This document shows positions 9,562 to 17,784 of a DNA stretch of 32,103 nucleotides, piece after piece (the stretch's first letter is position 1; each line of letters opens with the position of its first letter). The translations under genes were made by a program, and so were the position numbers. Source of the DNA: Candidatus Limnocylindrales bacterium (GTDB taxonomy: Bacteria > Chloroflexota > Limnocylindria > Limnocylindrales > CSP1-4); contig JBKKDW010000063.1 of NCBI GenBank assembly GCA_046708025.1, forward strand, positions 1 through 32,103. Direction: 5' to 3'. Below the pieces are notes generated by a model. The model did not search any database. It saw nothing but the letters and a program-made list of their open reading frames with translations, and was not told where the DNA came from.

Positions 9562-10518
9562 ATGCCGCGCGTCGTCGAGCTCGCCGGCGGGGTCGGTGGC
9601 GCCCGGCTGGCCGATGGTCTCCAGGCGAATCTCGGGGCCGAGCTGACCGTGGTCGTGAACACCGGCGACGATCTCGTCCGGCACGGCCTGGCGGTCTGGC
9701 CAGATCACGACACGGTGGCCTATACCCTGGCCGGCCTCGACGACGCGGAGCGCGGCTGGGGCATGGCCGGCGAGTCGTGGACCGTGATGGAGCGCCTGGC
9801 CGAGCTAGGCGATGAGCCCTGGTTCCGCCTCGGTGATCGAGACCTGGCCACGCACCTGTGGCGGACCGACCGGCTGCGCGCTGGCGCCCGGCCGACCGAT
9901 GTCGCGCGCGACCTCGCCCACCGGTTGGGAATCGCGGCGACCATCCTGCCGATGACCGATGACGAGGTCCGGACGGACGTCCGAACCGACGAAGGCTGGC
10001 TCGAGTTCCAGGAGTACTTCGTTCACCGCCACCAGGCGCCCGAGGTCCGCGAGGTGCGCTTCCGTGGTGCGGGCGAGGCCAGCCCGACCGAGGAAGTCCT
10101 GGCCGCCCTTGAGGCCGCCGAGCTGATCGTGATCGCGCCATCCAACCCGATCGTCTCGGTTGGGCCGATCCTGGCGGTCGCGGGTCTGCGGACGGCCATC
10201 CAGACCGCGCGCCGACACGGCACGCCGGTCGTCGCGGTCAGCGGGATCGTGGCCGGGCGGGCCCTCAAGGGTCCGGCCGACCGGATGCTGGCCTCGCTCG
10301 GACACGACGCCAGCGCCCTCGGGGTGGCGCGCCTGTACGCCGAGATCGCCGACGGGTTCGTGCTGGACACCGTCGACGCCGCGCTCGATTCGGCCATCGA
10401 GGCCATCGGCCCGGCGACGCACGTCACGGACACGATCATGGTTGACGACGCGGCCCGCGCTCGGCTGGCGGCCGAGGTCGTCGCATTCGGCCGGTCCCTG
10501 CAACCGGCCGTTCGATGA
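9562..10518 (+). CDS. cofD: 2-phospho-L-lactate (enolpyruvyl) transferase, F420 biosynthesis (CofD/FbiA)
   Basis: LAGGVGGARLADGL, VVVNTGDD, GLAVWPDHDTVAYTLAG, LGDRDLATHLWRT, IVIAPSNPIVSVGPIL. Confidence 0.92.
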   Translation: MPRVVELAGGVGGARLADGLQANLGAELTVVVNTGDDLVRHGLAVWPDHDTVAYTLAGLDDAERGWGMAGESWTVMERLAELGDEPWFRLGDRDLATHLWRTDRLRAGARPTDVARDLAHRLGIAATILPMTDDEVRTDVRTDEGWLEFQEYFVHRHQAPEVREVRFRGAGEASPTEEVLAALEAAELIVIAPSNPIVSVGPILAVAGLRTAIQTARRHGTPVVAVSGIVAGRALKGPADRMLASLGHDASALGVARLYAEIADGFVLDTVDAALDSAIEAIGPATHVTDTIMVDDAARARLAAEVVAFGRSLQPAVR

Positions 10519-11180
10519 GCATGCCTCGGCCGACACTGGACCCGGCGGGCACCTGGGCGATCATCCCGATCCGCGGTCTGGAGCGATCCAAGTCACGGCT
10601 GGCCGGGCCGCTCGACGCAGAGGAGCGCTTCGATCTCGTCAGCGAGCTCCTGGCGCGGGCCTTGCTCGCGACCACGTTGAGCCCGCGGATCGCCGGGACC
10701 ATCGTCGTCAGCGGCGAGCCGGCGGCACTGGACCAGGCGCGCGCCGCTGGAGCCCACGCGCTGCGCGACCTCGGCGGTGGCCTTAACCCGGCCCTGGAGC
10801 TGGCCCGCGCGGAGGCGATCGACCGGGGCGCGACCATGTTGGTCGTCCTGCCGGCCGACCTGCCTAATCTCGACCGGGGCGCGCTGGAGGCCGTGCTCGA
10901 CGAGGCCGCCAACGCCGCCGCGGGATCCCCGGCCCCGGCCGCCGGGCTTGTCGCGCTCGTGACCGATCGCCACGGCGCCGGCACAAACGTCCTGATCCTT
11001 GCACCACCCACGGTCATCGACTTCGCCTTCGGCCACGGCAGTCGGGCGGCGCACGCGGCTCACGCGGCGGCCGCGGGCGCGACCTACGTCGAGCTGGGCG
11101 GGGCGCTCGAGATTGACCTCGACACACCCGACGACGTCCTGCAGGCGGAGCTCGCGCCCGAGGCCATCGATGTCGGCTGA
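10515..11180 (+). CDS. cofC: Phosphoenolpyruvate/2-phospho-L-lactate guanylyltransferase (CofC/FbiD)
   Basis: ATGA overlap with the cofD stop. WAIIPIRGLERSKSRLAG, GGLNPAL, VLPADLPNL, DRHGAGTN, FGHGSRAAH, DLDTPDDV. Confidence 0.85.
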   Translation: MSMPRPTLDPAGTWAIIPIRGLERSKSRLAGPLDAEERFDLVSELLARALLATTLSPRIAGTIVVSGEPAALDQARAAGAHALRDLGGGLNPALELARAEAIDRGATMLVVLPADLPNLDRGALEAVLDEAANAAAGSPAPAAGLVALVTDRHGAGTNVLILAPPTVIDFAFGHGSRAAHAAHAAAAGATYVELGGALEIDLDTPDDVLQAELAPEAIDVG

Positions 11181-11949
11181 ACGGGCTGCCCAGGTAGAGA
11201 TCCTGGCCCTGGCCGGACTGCCCGAGATCGAGGGCGGCGATGACCTCCCGGGATTGATCTGCGACGCCCTCAGCGCCACGCCCGGCGCGCTGCCGCTGCG
11301 GGACGACGACGTCCTGGTGGTGACCCAGAAGATCGTGTCGAAGGCGGAACGGGCCGTGGTGGATCTGACCACCGTAGAGCCGCGACCCGAGGCGGTCGAC
11401 TTCGCGGCCGAATGGGACCGCGACCCGCGCCAGATCGAGGTCGTCCTGCGCGAGGCCCGCCGGGTCGTTCGCATGACCAACGGCGTGCTGATCACGGAGA
11501 CCCCGCACGGCTTCGTGTGCGCCAACGGCGGCGTCGATGCCTCGAACGTCGGGCCGCACTCCGGATCCCTGGTCACCCTCCTGCCGCGCGATCCGGACGC
11601 TTCCGCGGGACGGATCCGGGCCGCCATCGCGGCGCGCTTCGCGGCGGATGTGCCAGTCGTGGTGTCGGACAGCTTCGGTCGGCCGTGGCGCTGGGGTATC
11701 GTCGACGTGGCCATCGGCGTCTCCGGTCTCGAGCCGCTCGACGACCTGCGTGGCACCCTGGACGCGGACGGACGGGTCATGCGCTCGACGGTACGAGCGG
11801 TGGCCGACGAGCTCGCCTCGGCCGCCGAGCTGGTCCTCGGCAAGACCGCGCGGCGACCCGCCGCACTGGTTCGTGGGGCGTCGTTCCGGCGCGGCGAGGC
11901 GGCCATCGCCGACGCCCTCATTCCCGCCGTGAACGACCTGTTCCGCTGA
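11170..11949 (+). CDS. cofE: Coenzyme F420-0:L-glutamate ligase, stand-alone CofE (259 aa, no FbiB C-terminal nitroreductase domain)
   Basis: Starts at ATG 11170 within ORF 10999..11949, overlapping cofC by 11 nt. VVTQKIVSKAERAV, THGFVCANGGVDASNV, VVSDSFGRPWRWGIVDVAIGVSGL, VADELASAAELVLGK. Confidence 0.9.
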   Translation: MSAERAAQVEILALAGLPEIEGGDDLPGLICDALSATPGALPLRDDDVLVVTQKIVSKAERAVVDLTTVEPRPEAVDFAAEWDRDPRQIEVVLREARRVVRMTNGVLITETPHGFVCANGGVDASNVGPHSGSLVTLLPRDPDASAGRIRAAIAARFAADVPVVVSDSFGRPWRWGIVDVAIGVSGLEPLDDLRGTLDADGRVMRSTVRAVADELASAAELVLGKTARRPAALVRGASFRRGEAAIADALIPAVNDLFR

Positions 11950-12842
11950 TGAAGGTCGGACTCCAGATCCGCTCGTTCACCTGGCCAGGAGGCCCGGAGG
12001 CCATCGCACCGACGCTCGCCCGGATCGTCCGCCAGGCGGACGACGTCGGGTTCGATTCGATCTGGGTCATGGATCACTTCTTCCAGATCCGCGGTGTTGG
12101 CCGCGCCGAGGAGCCGATGCTCGAAGGCTGGACGACACTCGGATTCATGGCCGCCCATTCGACCAGGGCGCGCCTGGGCCTGATGGTCGGGGGCGTCCAC
12201 TACCGGTATCCGGGCCTGTGGGTCAAGGCGGCGACGGCACTGGACGTGCTGTCCGGCGGGCGAGCCTGGCTGGGGCTCGGTGCCGCCTGGAACGAGGAGG
12301 AGTCGAACGGTCTGGGCTTCCCCTTCCCGCCCCTCGCCGAGCGCTTCGAAATGCTCGAGGAGACCCTCCAGATCGCGCACGAGCTGTTCGAGGGCGAGCG
12401 AGGCTCCGAGGCAGCGTTCAATGGCCGGCACTATCGGGCGACGCGCCTGCTCAACTCGCCGCAGTCGCTGTCTCGGCCGCGCGTCCCGATCCTGGTCGGC
12501 GGCGGCGGCGAGCGGAAGACGCTTCGGCTGGTGGCCCAGTACGCCGACGCCTGCAACGTGTTCGGCGGCCCCGAGACGCTCGCCCGCAAGTACGCCATCC
12601 TGGCCAGCCACTGCGCCGCCATCGGGCGCGATCCCGACGAGATCGAGCGCTCGACCCTCCAGAGCATCAACCTGACGAGCGGCGCACGTCCGGCGGAGAA
12701 ACCCGCGCGGATCGTGGACTGGTTCGGCGAGCTGGCTGACGCCGGCGCCCAGCACATCATCGTCAACCTCCGGGAGGGGGCCGACCTCGCGGCCATCGAG
12801 TTGCTGGGGCGCGAGGTCATCCCAGCGGTTCGGGATCTCTGA
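11949..12842 (+). CDS. LLM-class F420-dependent oxidoreductase (Rv1855c-like family)
   Basis: ATG 11949 shares one base with the cofE stop (TGATG). MKVGLQIRSFTWPGG, FDSIWVMDHFFQI, EGWTTLGFMAAHSTRARLGLMVGGVHYRYPGLWVKAATALDVLSGGRAWLGLGAAW, VPILVGGGGERKTLRLVAQYADACN. Confidence 0.85.
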   Translation: MKVGLQIRSFTWPGGPEAIAPTLARIVRQADDVGFDSIWVMDHFFQIRGVGRAEEPMLEGWTTLGFMAAHSTRARLGLMVGGVHYRYPGLWVKAATALDVLSGGRAWLGLGAAWNEEESNGLGFPFPPLAERFEMLEETLQIAHELFEGERGSEAAFNGRHYRATRLLNSPQSLSRPRVPILVGGGGERKTLRLVAQYADACNVFGGPETLARKYAILASHCAAIGRDPDEIERSTLQSINLTSGARPAEKPARIVDWFGELADAGAQHIIVNLREGADLAAIELLGREVIPAVRDL

Positions 12843-12843
12843 C

Positions 12844-12862
12844 GATACCCCCAGGGAGTATC
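12844..12862 (+). terminator. Imperfect hairpin GATACCC-cca-GGG(A)GTATC immediately after the LLM stop and 15 nt before the trxB ATG
   Basis: Seen directly in the sequence. It is followed only by a weak AGTTTCGT tract, so it could equally be an operator for trxB. Confidence 0.2.
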
Positions 12863-12876
12863 AGTTTCGTGCTACC

Positions 12877-13965
12877 ATGGACGCCATGACGGACAACACC
12901 AACGGCAGCGGGACGCCCAACCCATTCGGCGGCCTGAGCATCGCGATTGTCGACCCTGGCCAGGCGCCGGCCAGCTCGACCGAAGGACCGACCACCATCC
13001 GGAGCGCCGAAGGGCGGGTCGACGCCAAGGTCGTCATCATCGGGTCGGGACCGGCCGGCCTGACCGCGGCGATCTACGCGGCCCGCGCCAACCTCGAACC
13101 GGTCGTCCTGGCCGGTTCGGCGCCGGGGGGCCAGCTGATGTTGACCAGCGACGTGGAGAACTACCCGGGTTTTGTGGACGCCATCCAGGGCCCGGACCTG
13201 ATCGCCGCCATGCGCGGACAGGCTGAACGGGTCGGCTCGAAGGTCATCGACGTCGACATCGAGCGGGTCGACTTCTCCGGCCGACCCTTCCGGATCTGGG
13301 CGCGGGGCACGGAGTACCGGGCCCAGGCGGTGATCATCGCGACGGGCGCATCGGCGCTCTGGCTCGGGCTCGACAGTGAGACCAGGTTGCGCGGGCGCGG
13401 GGTGTCGGCCTGTGCGACCTGCGACGGCTTCTTCTTCCGCGACCGCGAGATCGCGGTTGTGGGCGGAGGTGACACGGCGTTCGAGGAGGCGCTCTACCTG
13501 ACCCGCTTCGCGACCACGGTCCACCTGCTCCATCGGCGCGACACCTTCCGCGCGTCCAGGATCATGATCGATCGTGCTCGTGCCCACCCCAGGATCGAGA
13601 TCCACCCCAACACCGCGGTCGAGGAGATCCTCGGCGACAGCAAGGTCAGTGGCCTCCGCGTGACCGACACGACCAGCGGCGTCGAGACCACGATGCCGGT
13701 CGACGGCGTGTTCATCGCGATCGGCTACCGGCCGAACACGGCCGCCTTCCGCGACTGGCTCGAGGTCGACGCCGCGGGCTACCTGGTCGTCCATGACGAG
13801 ACCGGCTCGAAGGTCGACGGAGTGTTCATTGCCGGCGACGTCCATGACCATCGCTACCGCCAGGCCGTGACGGCTGCCGGCGATGGCTGCAAGGCGGCGA
13901 TCGACGCCGAACGCTGGCTCGAGGCCCAGGGCATCACGGAGGCCGCGACCTCCACTGCCTGGTAG
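12877..13965 (+). CDS. trxB: Thioredoxin-disulfide reductase (NADPH type) with ~45-aa N-terminal extension
   Basis: VVIIGSGPAGLTAAIYAARA, redox-active CATCDG, GGGDTAFEEALYL plus HRRDTFRAS (NADPH site), GVFIAGDV...YRQAVTAAGDGCKAA. Confidence 0.92.
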   Translation: MDAMTDNTNGSGTPNPFGGLSIAIVDPGQAPASSTEGPTTIRSAEGRVDAKVVIIGSGPAGLTAAIYAARANLEPVVLAGSAPGGQLMLTSDVENYPGFVDAIQGPDLIAAMRGQAERVGSKVIDVDIERVDFSGRPFRIWARGTEYRAQAVIIATGASALWLGLDSETRLRGRGVSACATCDGFFFRDREIAVVGGGDTAFEEALYLTRFATTVHLLHRRDTFRASRIMIDRARAHPRIEIHPNTAVEEILGDSKVSGLRVTDTTSGVETTMPVDGVFIAIGYRPNTAAFRDWLEVDAAGYLVVHDETGSKVDGVFIAGDVHDHRYRQAVTAAGDGCKAAIDAERWLEAQGITEAATSTAW

Positions 13966-13967
13966 GA

Positions 13968-14693
13968 GTGGCCGAGGCCGGGCGATTTGCCCTCCTGCCG
14001 CGCCTGCGCATCCGCCCGGCGGTCAGCATGCTGGTCCACGAAGCGCTTGACGCCGCGATTCTCGCGGCCGAGCGGCGATCGCCGGGGGACGTCGTGGCCC
14101 TCGATGCCGGCTGTGGACGGGTCTCGGCGCTGCGTGCCTTCCGGCCGCGCATCGCGCGCCTGGTCGGGGCGGACATCCACCCACCGACGACGCCGCTCGC
14201 CCACCTCGATGACTTCGCGATCGTGGATGTGTGCCGATCGGCCGACGCCTTCGCGACGGCGTCGTTCGACGTCGTGCTGTCGAGCTTTACCCTCGAGCAC
14301 TTCGCCGATCCGCTGGCGGCCCTCGCCAACCTGCGGCGCTGGCTGCGCCCCGGCGGCACCCTGGTCGCCACAACAGTGAATCGACAGCACCCATTCGTGG
14401 CCGCCTATCTCGGGCTACCGGACGGCCCGCGACGCGCGATCCAGCCGCTGGTCAAGGCGACCGCCGCCGACGCCCATCCGCTGGTCGGGGCCTGCAACGA
14501 CCCGGCCACCATCGGGCGCACCCTCGCCGACGCCGGCTTCAGCTCGATCCAGTTGACCACGGTCGGCCACCTCGCGCGGGCCTGGGGACGTCATTGGCCG
14601 ACGTTCGCGCTCGGCCTGGTCGGCGACCTGCTGACGGTCCCCTTCCCAACGCGACGCTCGACCATCGTCGCGGTGGCGAGCGTGGCGGGGTGA
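13968..14693 (+). CDS. Class I SAM-dependent methyltransferase
   Basis: Motif I is VVALDAGCGRV, followed by FDVVLSSFTLEHF and LRPGGTLV. The start is uncertain: GTG 13968 directly abuts GGAG, and ATG 14028 is the alternative. Confidence 0.75.
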   Translation: MAEAGRFALLPRLRIRPAVSMLVHEALDAAILAAERRSPGDVVALDAGCGRVSALRAFRPRIARLVGADIHPPTTPLAHLDDFAIVDVCRSADAFATASFDVVLSSFTLEHFADPLAALANLRRWLRPGGTLVATTVNRQHPFVAAYLGLPDGPRRAIQPLVKATAADAHPLVGACNDPATIGRTLADAGFSSIQLTTVGHLARAWGRHWPTFALGLVGDLLTVPFPTRRSTIVAVASVAG

Positions 14694-14700
14694 CTGCCTG

Positions 14701-16644
14701 ATGTTTGGTCGGGGCGGTCCATTCGGCGGCGGGTCGCGCGACTTCGAGCCCGTGCCGAGAGAACGACGGGGCCGGACGATCGGCCGGATCGTTGCCTTCT
14801 TCCGTCCCTATCGCGGTCAGGTCGTGATCGTCCTCGTGGCGATCCTCGGCACCAGCTTCATCGGCTTGATCAACCCGATCCTGCTCAAGCTGCTGATCGA
14901 CGAGGCGATCCCGAAGCTCGATTTCGGCCTGCTCAACCTGTTCGTCGGCCTGATGATCGTGCTGCCCATCCTGTCCGGCCTGATCGGGGTCGGCCAGGCG
15001 TACCTCAACAACGTGATCGGCCAGAACGTCATGCAGGACCTGCGTGGCGCGCTGTACGCCCACCTCCAGGGGATGCCGCTGCGCTTCTTCACCGAGACGC
15101 GCACGGGCGAGATCCAGAGCCGCCTGGCCAACGACGTGGGCGGCGTGCAGTCGGTCGTCACCGATACCGCCAGCTCGGTCACGAGCAACCTGGCGATCGC
15201 GATCAGCACGGTCATCGCGATGTTCATCATCGACTGGCGGCTGACCGTGCTGTCGCTGGGGCTGACCCCGTTCTTCCTGTTCCTGACCTATCGGGTCGGC
15301 AAGGTTCGTCGCGAGGTCAGCGAAGAGACCCAGAAATCGCTCGCCGAGATGACCGCCATGACCGAGGAGACGCTGTCCGTCTCGGGCATCCTGCTGTCGA
15401 AGACGTTCGGCCAGCAGGACAACGCGGTCCGGCGCTTCAGGAGCATCAACCAGGTCCTGGCCGGCCTCCAGATCCGCCAGGCGATGGTCGGCCGCTGGTT
15501 CTTCATGATCATCGGCACGATCTTCAGCATCACCCCGGCCTTCGTGTACTGGCTGGCCGGCTACCTCGCCATAAACAACGACCCGTCGGCGCCAACTATC
15601 GGCGACATCGTGGCCTTCACCACGCTTCAGAGCCGGCTCTATTTCCCGCTCGGCCAGCTGCTCAGCGTCCAGGTCGAGATCCAGGGTGCGCTGGCCCTGT
15701 TCGACCGGATCTTCGAGTACCTCGAGATGGATCCCGAGATCGTGGATGCGCCCGACGCGCAGGCGATGGACCGGGCGCGCATGCGCGGCAAGGTCGCCTT
15801 CCACAATGTCTCGTTCCGCTATCCGACCGCAGCCGTTCCCTCCAACCGCGCCCACGATGCCCTGGCGGCCAACGGTCTTGCGCCGGTCCAGCCAGCGGAC
15901 GAGATTCCGAGCCTGGAGATCCTGCCGGCCTTCGGGCTGGACGCCATCTCGTTCGAAGCCGAGCCCGGTGAGCTGGTCGCGCTGGTCGGCCCGTCCGGCT
16001 CGGGCAAGACGACCACGACCTACCTGATCCCGCGGCTCTACGACGTCGACAGCGGCGCAGTCGAGATCGACGACGTCGACGTCCGGCGGATCAAGCTCAC
16101 CTCGCTCGGCGATATCGTCGGCGTGGTGACCCAGGAGACCTACCTGTTCCACGCCTCGGTGCGGACCAACCTGCTGTACGCCCGCCCGGGGGCGACTGAC
16201 GTGGAGTTGGAGGCCGCCACTCGGGCTGCCGCGATCCACGACCGGATCATGGAGCTGCCGCTGGGCATGGACACGATCGTCGGCGAGCGCGGCTACAAGC
16301 TGTCCGGCGGCGAGAAGCAGCGCATCGCAATCGCCCGGGTGCTGCTCAAGGATCCGCGCATCCTCATCCTCGACGAGGCCACCTCGGCCCTGGACACGGT
16401 CTCCGAACGGCTCATCCAGGCGGCCTTCGAACGGCTGATGGAAGGCCGCACCACGATCGCGATCGCCCACCGGCTGTCGACCATCCTGCGCGCCGACCGG
16501 ATCCTGGTCTACGACCGCGGCCGGGTGGTCGAACGGGGCACCCACGCCGAGCTGATCGCCCTGGGCGGCCTCTACGCCCGGCTCTACCGCGAGCAGTTCC
16601 TGAGCGAGCGAGAGCGCGAACCCGTCGCGGCGGATCCTTCGTGA
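14701..16644 (+). CDS. ABC exporter, fused permease/ATP-binding protein (type I exporter, MsbA/MdlB-like)
   Basis: The N-terminal domain has six TM helices. Walker A is GPSGSGKTT, the signature is LSGGEKQRIAIAR, Walker B is ILILDEATSALD, and the H-loop is IAIAHRLST. Confidence 0.92.
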   Translation: MFGRGGPFGGGSRDFEPVPRERRGRTIGRIVAFFRPYRGQVVIVLVAILGTSFIGLINPILLKLLIDEAIPKLDFGLLNLFVGLMIVLPILSGLIGVGQAYLNNVIGQNVMQDLRGALYAHLQGMPLRFFTETRTGEIQSRLANDVGGVQSVVTDTASSVTSNLAIAISTVIAMFIIDWRLTVLSLGLTPFFLFLTYRVGKVRREVSEETQKSLAEMTAMTEETLSVSGILLSKTFGQQDNAVRRFRSINQVLAGLQIRQAMVGRWFFMIIGTIFSITPAFVYWLAGYLAINNDPSAPTIGDIVAFTTLQSRLYFPLGQLLSVQVEIQGALALFDRIFEYLEMDPEIVDAPDAQAMDRARMRGKVAFHNVSFRYPTAAVPSNRAHDALAANGLAPVQPADEIPSLEILPAFGLDAISFEAEPGELVALVGPSGSGKTTTTYLIPRLYDVDSGAVEIDDVDVRRIKLTSLGDIVGVVTQETYLFHASVRTNLLYARPGATDVELEAATRAAAIHDRIMELPLGMDTIVGERGYKLSGGEKQRIAIARVLLKDPRILILDEATSALDTVSERLIQAAFERLMEGRTTIAIAHRLSTILRADRILVYDRGRVVERGTHAELIALGGLYARLYREQFLSEREREPVAADPS

Positions 16645-17138
16645 GCACGATCCGGACCGCCCTGATCGAGCACATCGGCGGCAGCGACTTCCGCGCGTCG
16701 ACCGGAACCGGCCGGCGGATCGACTTTGGTGACGCGGCCAGGGGCTACCTCAGCCCGGTCGAAACGGTGCTTGTCGCCCTCGGGTCGTGCTCGGCCATGG
16801 ACGTCATCTCGATCGCGACCAAGAAGCGCCAGGCCGTGGAGACGTACCGGATCCATGTCCGCGGCGACCAGCGCTCCGAGTATCCCCAGGTCTTCACCGA
16901 GATCGAGGTCGTCCACGAGGTCACCGGGCGCGACCTCTCGGAGGCGGCCATCCGCCGCGCGATCGAGCTCTCAGCGACGAAGTACTGCCCGGTCAACGCG
17001 ATGATCTCGGCCGGCGCGACGCTGGTCCATCACCGCTACCGGATTCATTCGCTCGGGGCGACGCCCTACGACGCCGAGGGTGAGGTCATCGCCACCGGTC
17101 CCTACGCCCGGCCTGACGTCCTGGCCGATCAGCGGTAG
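16641..17138 (+). CDS. OsmC/Ohr-family peroxiredoxin-like protein
   Basis: GTGA overlap with the ABC stop. LSPVETVLVALGSCSAMDV and ELSATKYCPVNAMI carry the two conserved Cys of the OsmC family. Confidence 0.85.
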   Translation: MSTIRTALIEHIGGSDFRASTGTGRRIDFGDAARGYLSPVETVLVALGSCSAMDVISIATKKRQAVETYRIHVRGDQRSEYPQVFTEIEVVHEVTGRDLSEAAIRRAIELSATKYCPVNAMISAGATLVHHRYRIHSLGATPYDAEGEVIATGPYARPDVLADQR

Positions 17139-17147
17139 CGGATCGGC
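17124..17147. terminator. Hairpin GCCGATC-N10-GATCGGC spanning the overlapping convergent stops of the OsmC and DUF4395 genes
   Basis: The 7-bp arms are perfect. TGA 17129-17131 (minus) and TAG 17136-17138 (plus) both lie inside the structure. No U-tract. Confidence 0.25.
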
Positions 17148-17662
17148 TCCTGGCTCAGCGGCACCGGCGACACCCGCGCGGTGCCGCGGGTCCAGATCCG
17201 GGTCACGAGGTCGGGGACCCACCAGCGCAGGAAATAGAGCCGGCAACCCAGGCAGTAACCGGTCACGGCCAGCAGCGTCTGGAGCCCGGCCACGGCGAAG
17301 GCGAACACCCAGCCGACGGCAGGCGCGCCGAGCCCGAAGGCTACCAGTGAGAGGATCAGGGCCACGCTGCCCAGCGTCTGGGCGAAGCGCGGCGGGTACT
17401 CGTGCTCGGGGGTCGTGGGCGGCAGCGCCAGGAAGCGGACGATACGCCGCCAGATCGCACCGTAGATCGACCAGCGCAGGCCGAATGCGGCGCTGACCCC
17501 GATCGAGGCGAGAGCGACGGCGACCAGCCAGGGCGCATTGACGACAAACGCCAGCACCAGCAGGACGGCCGACAGGGCGGCCCCGAACCGATGGCCGCGC
17601 GGATCGATCATTCGTGCCTTCGGCAGACGGGCTACGGCGTCGGTCGGGACAGCAGTGGGCAT
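17129..17662 (-). CDS. DUF4395 domain-containing membrane protein
   Basis: IDPRGHRFGAALSAVLLVLAFVV, PPRFAQTLGSVALILSLVAF and the C-terminal GYCLGCRLYF, with 4 TM segments, are typical of DUF4395. Confidence 0.75.
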   Translation of the reverse strand: MPTAVPTDAVARLPKARMIDPRGHRFGAALSAVLLVLAFVVNAPWLVAVALASIGVSAAFGLRWSIYGAIWRRIVRFLALPPTTPEHEYPPRFAQTLGSVALILSLVAFGLGAPAVGWVFAFAVAGLQTLLAVTGYCLGCRLYFLRWWVPDLVTRIWTRGTARVSPVPLSQEPIRYR

Positions 17663-17740
17663 CGGGCGATCCTCGTCTGATCGGTCTGGGCGACCGCGAG
17701 CCGGGAGAATAACACATAAGTCCTACCGATCTACTGGGAT

Positions 17741-17784
17741 ATATCGGGCTTCGTGACGGGTTATATCGGGCTTGGTGACTGGTT
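17741..17784. repeat. Head-to-tail 2 x 22-bp tandem repeat ATATCGGGCTT(C/G)GTGAC(G/T)GGTT in the DUF4395/argC divergent intergenic region
   Basis: Copy 1 is 17741-17762 and copy 2 is 17763-17784, with 20/22 identity and no spacer. It sits in the most AT-rich stretch of the window. Confidence 0.85.

Noticed and set aside
10593-12755. 720-aa ORF on the minus strand, the longest ORF in the track
   Set aside because: It is exactly antisense to cofC, cofE and the LLM oxidoreductase, which have unmistakable family motifs. Its translation is Arg/Ala/Pro/Gly-rich with no recognisable domain. This is the typical shadow ORF of a ~70% GC genome, where stops are rare in antisense frames.
12877-13965. 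Idea that the TrxB next to the F420 operon is an F420-dependent thioredoxin reductase (as described in a methanogen)
   Set aside because: The NADPH-binding GGGDTA and HRRDTFRAS motifs of classical NADPH-dependent low-Mr TrxR are intact. The canonical NADPH enzyme is the parsimonious call.
14539-16545. 668-aa minus-strand ORF
   Set aside because: It is antisense to the ABC exporter, which has Walker A/B and signature motifs on the plus strand. The translation is a low-complexity Asp/Arg/Gly-rich sequence.
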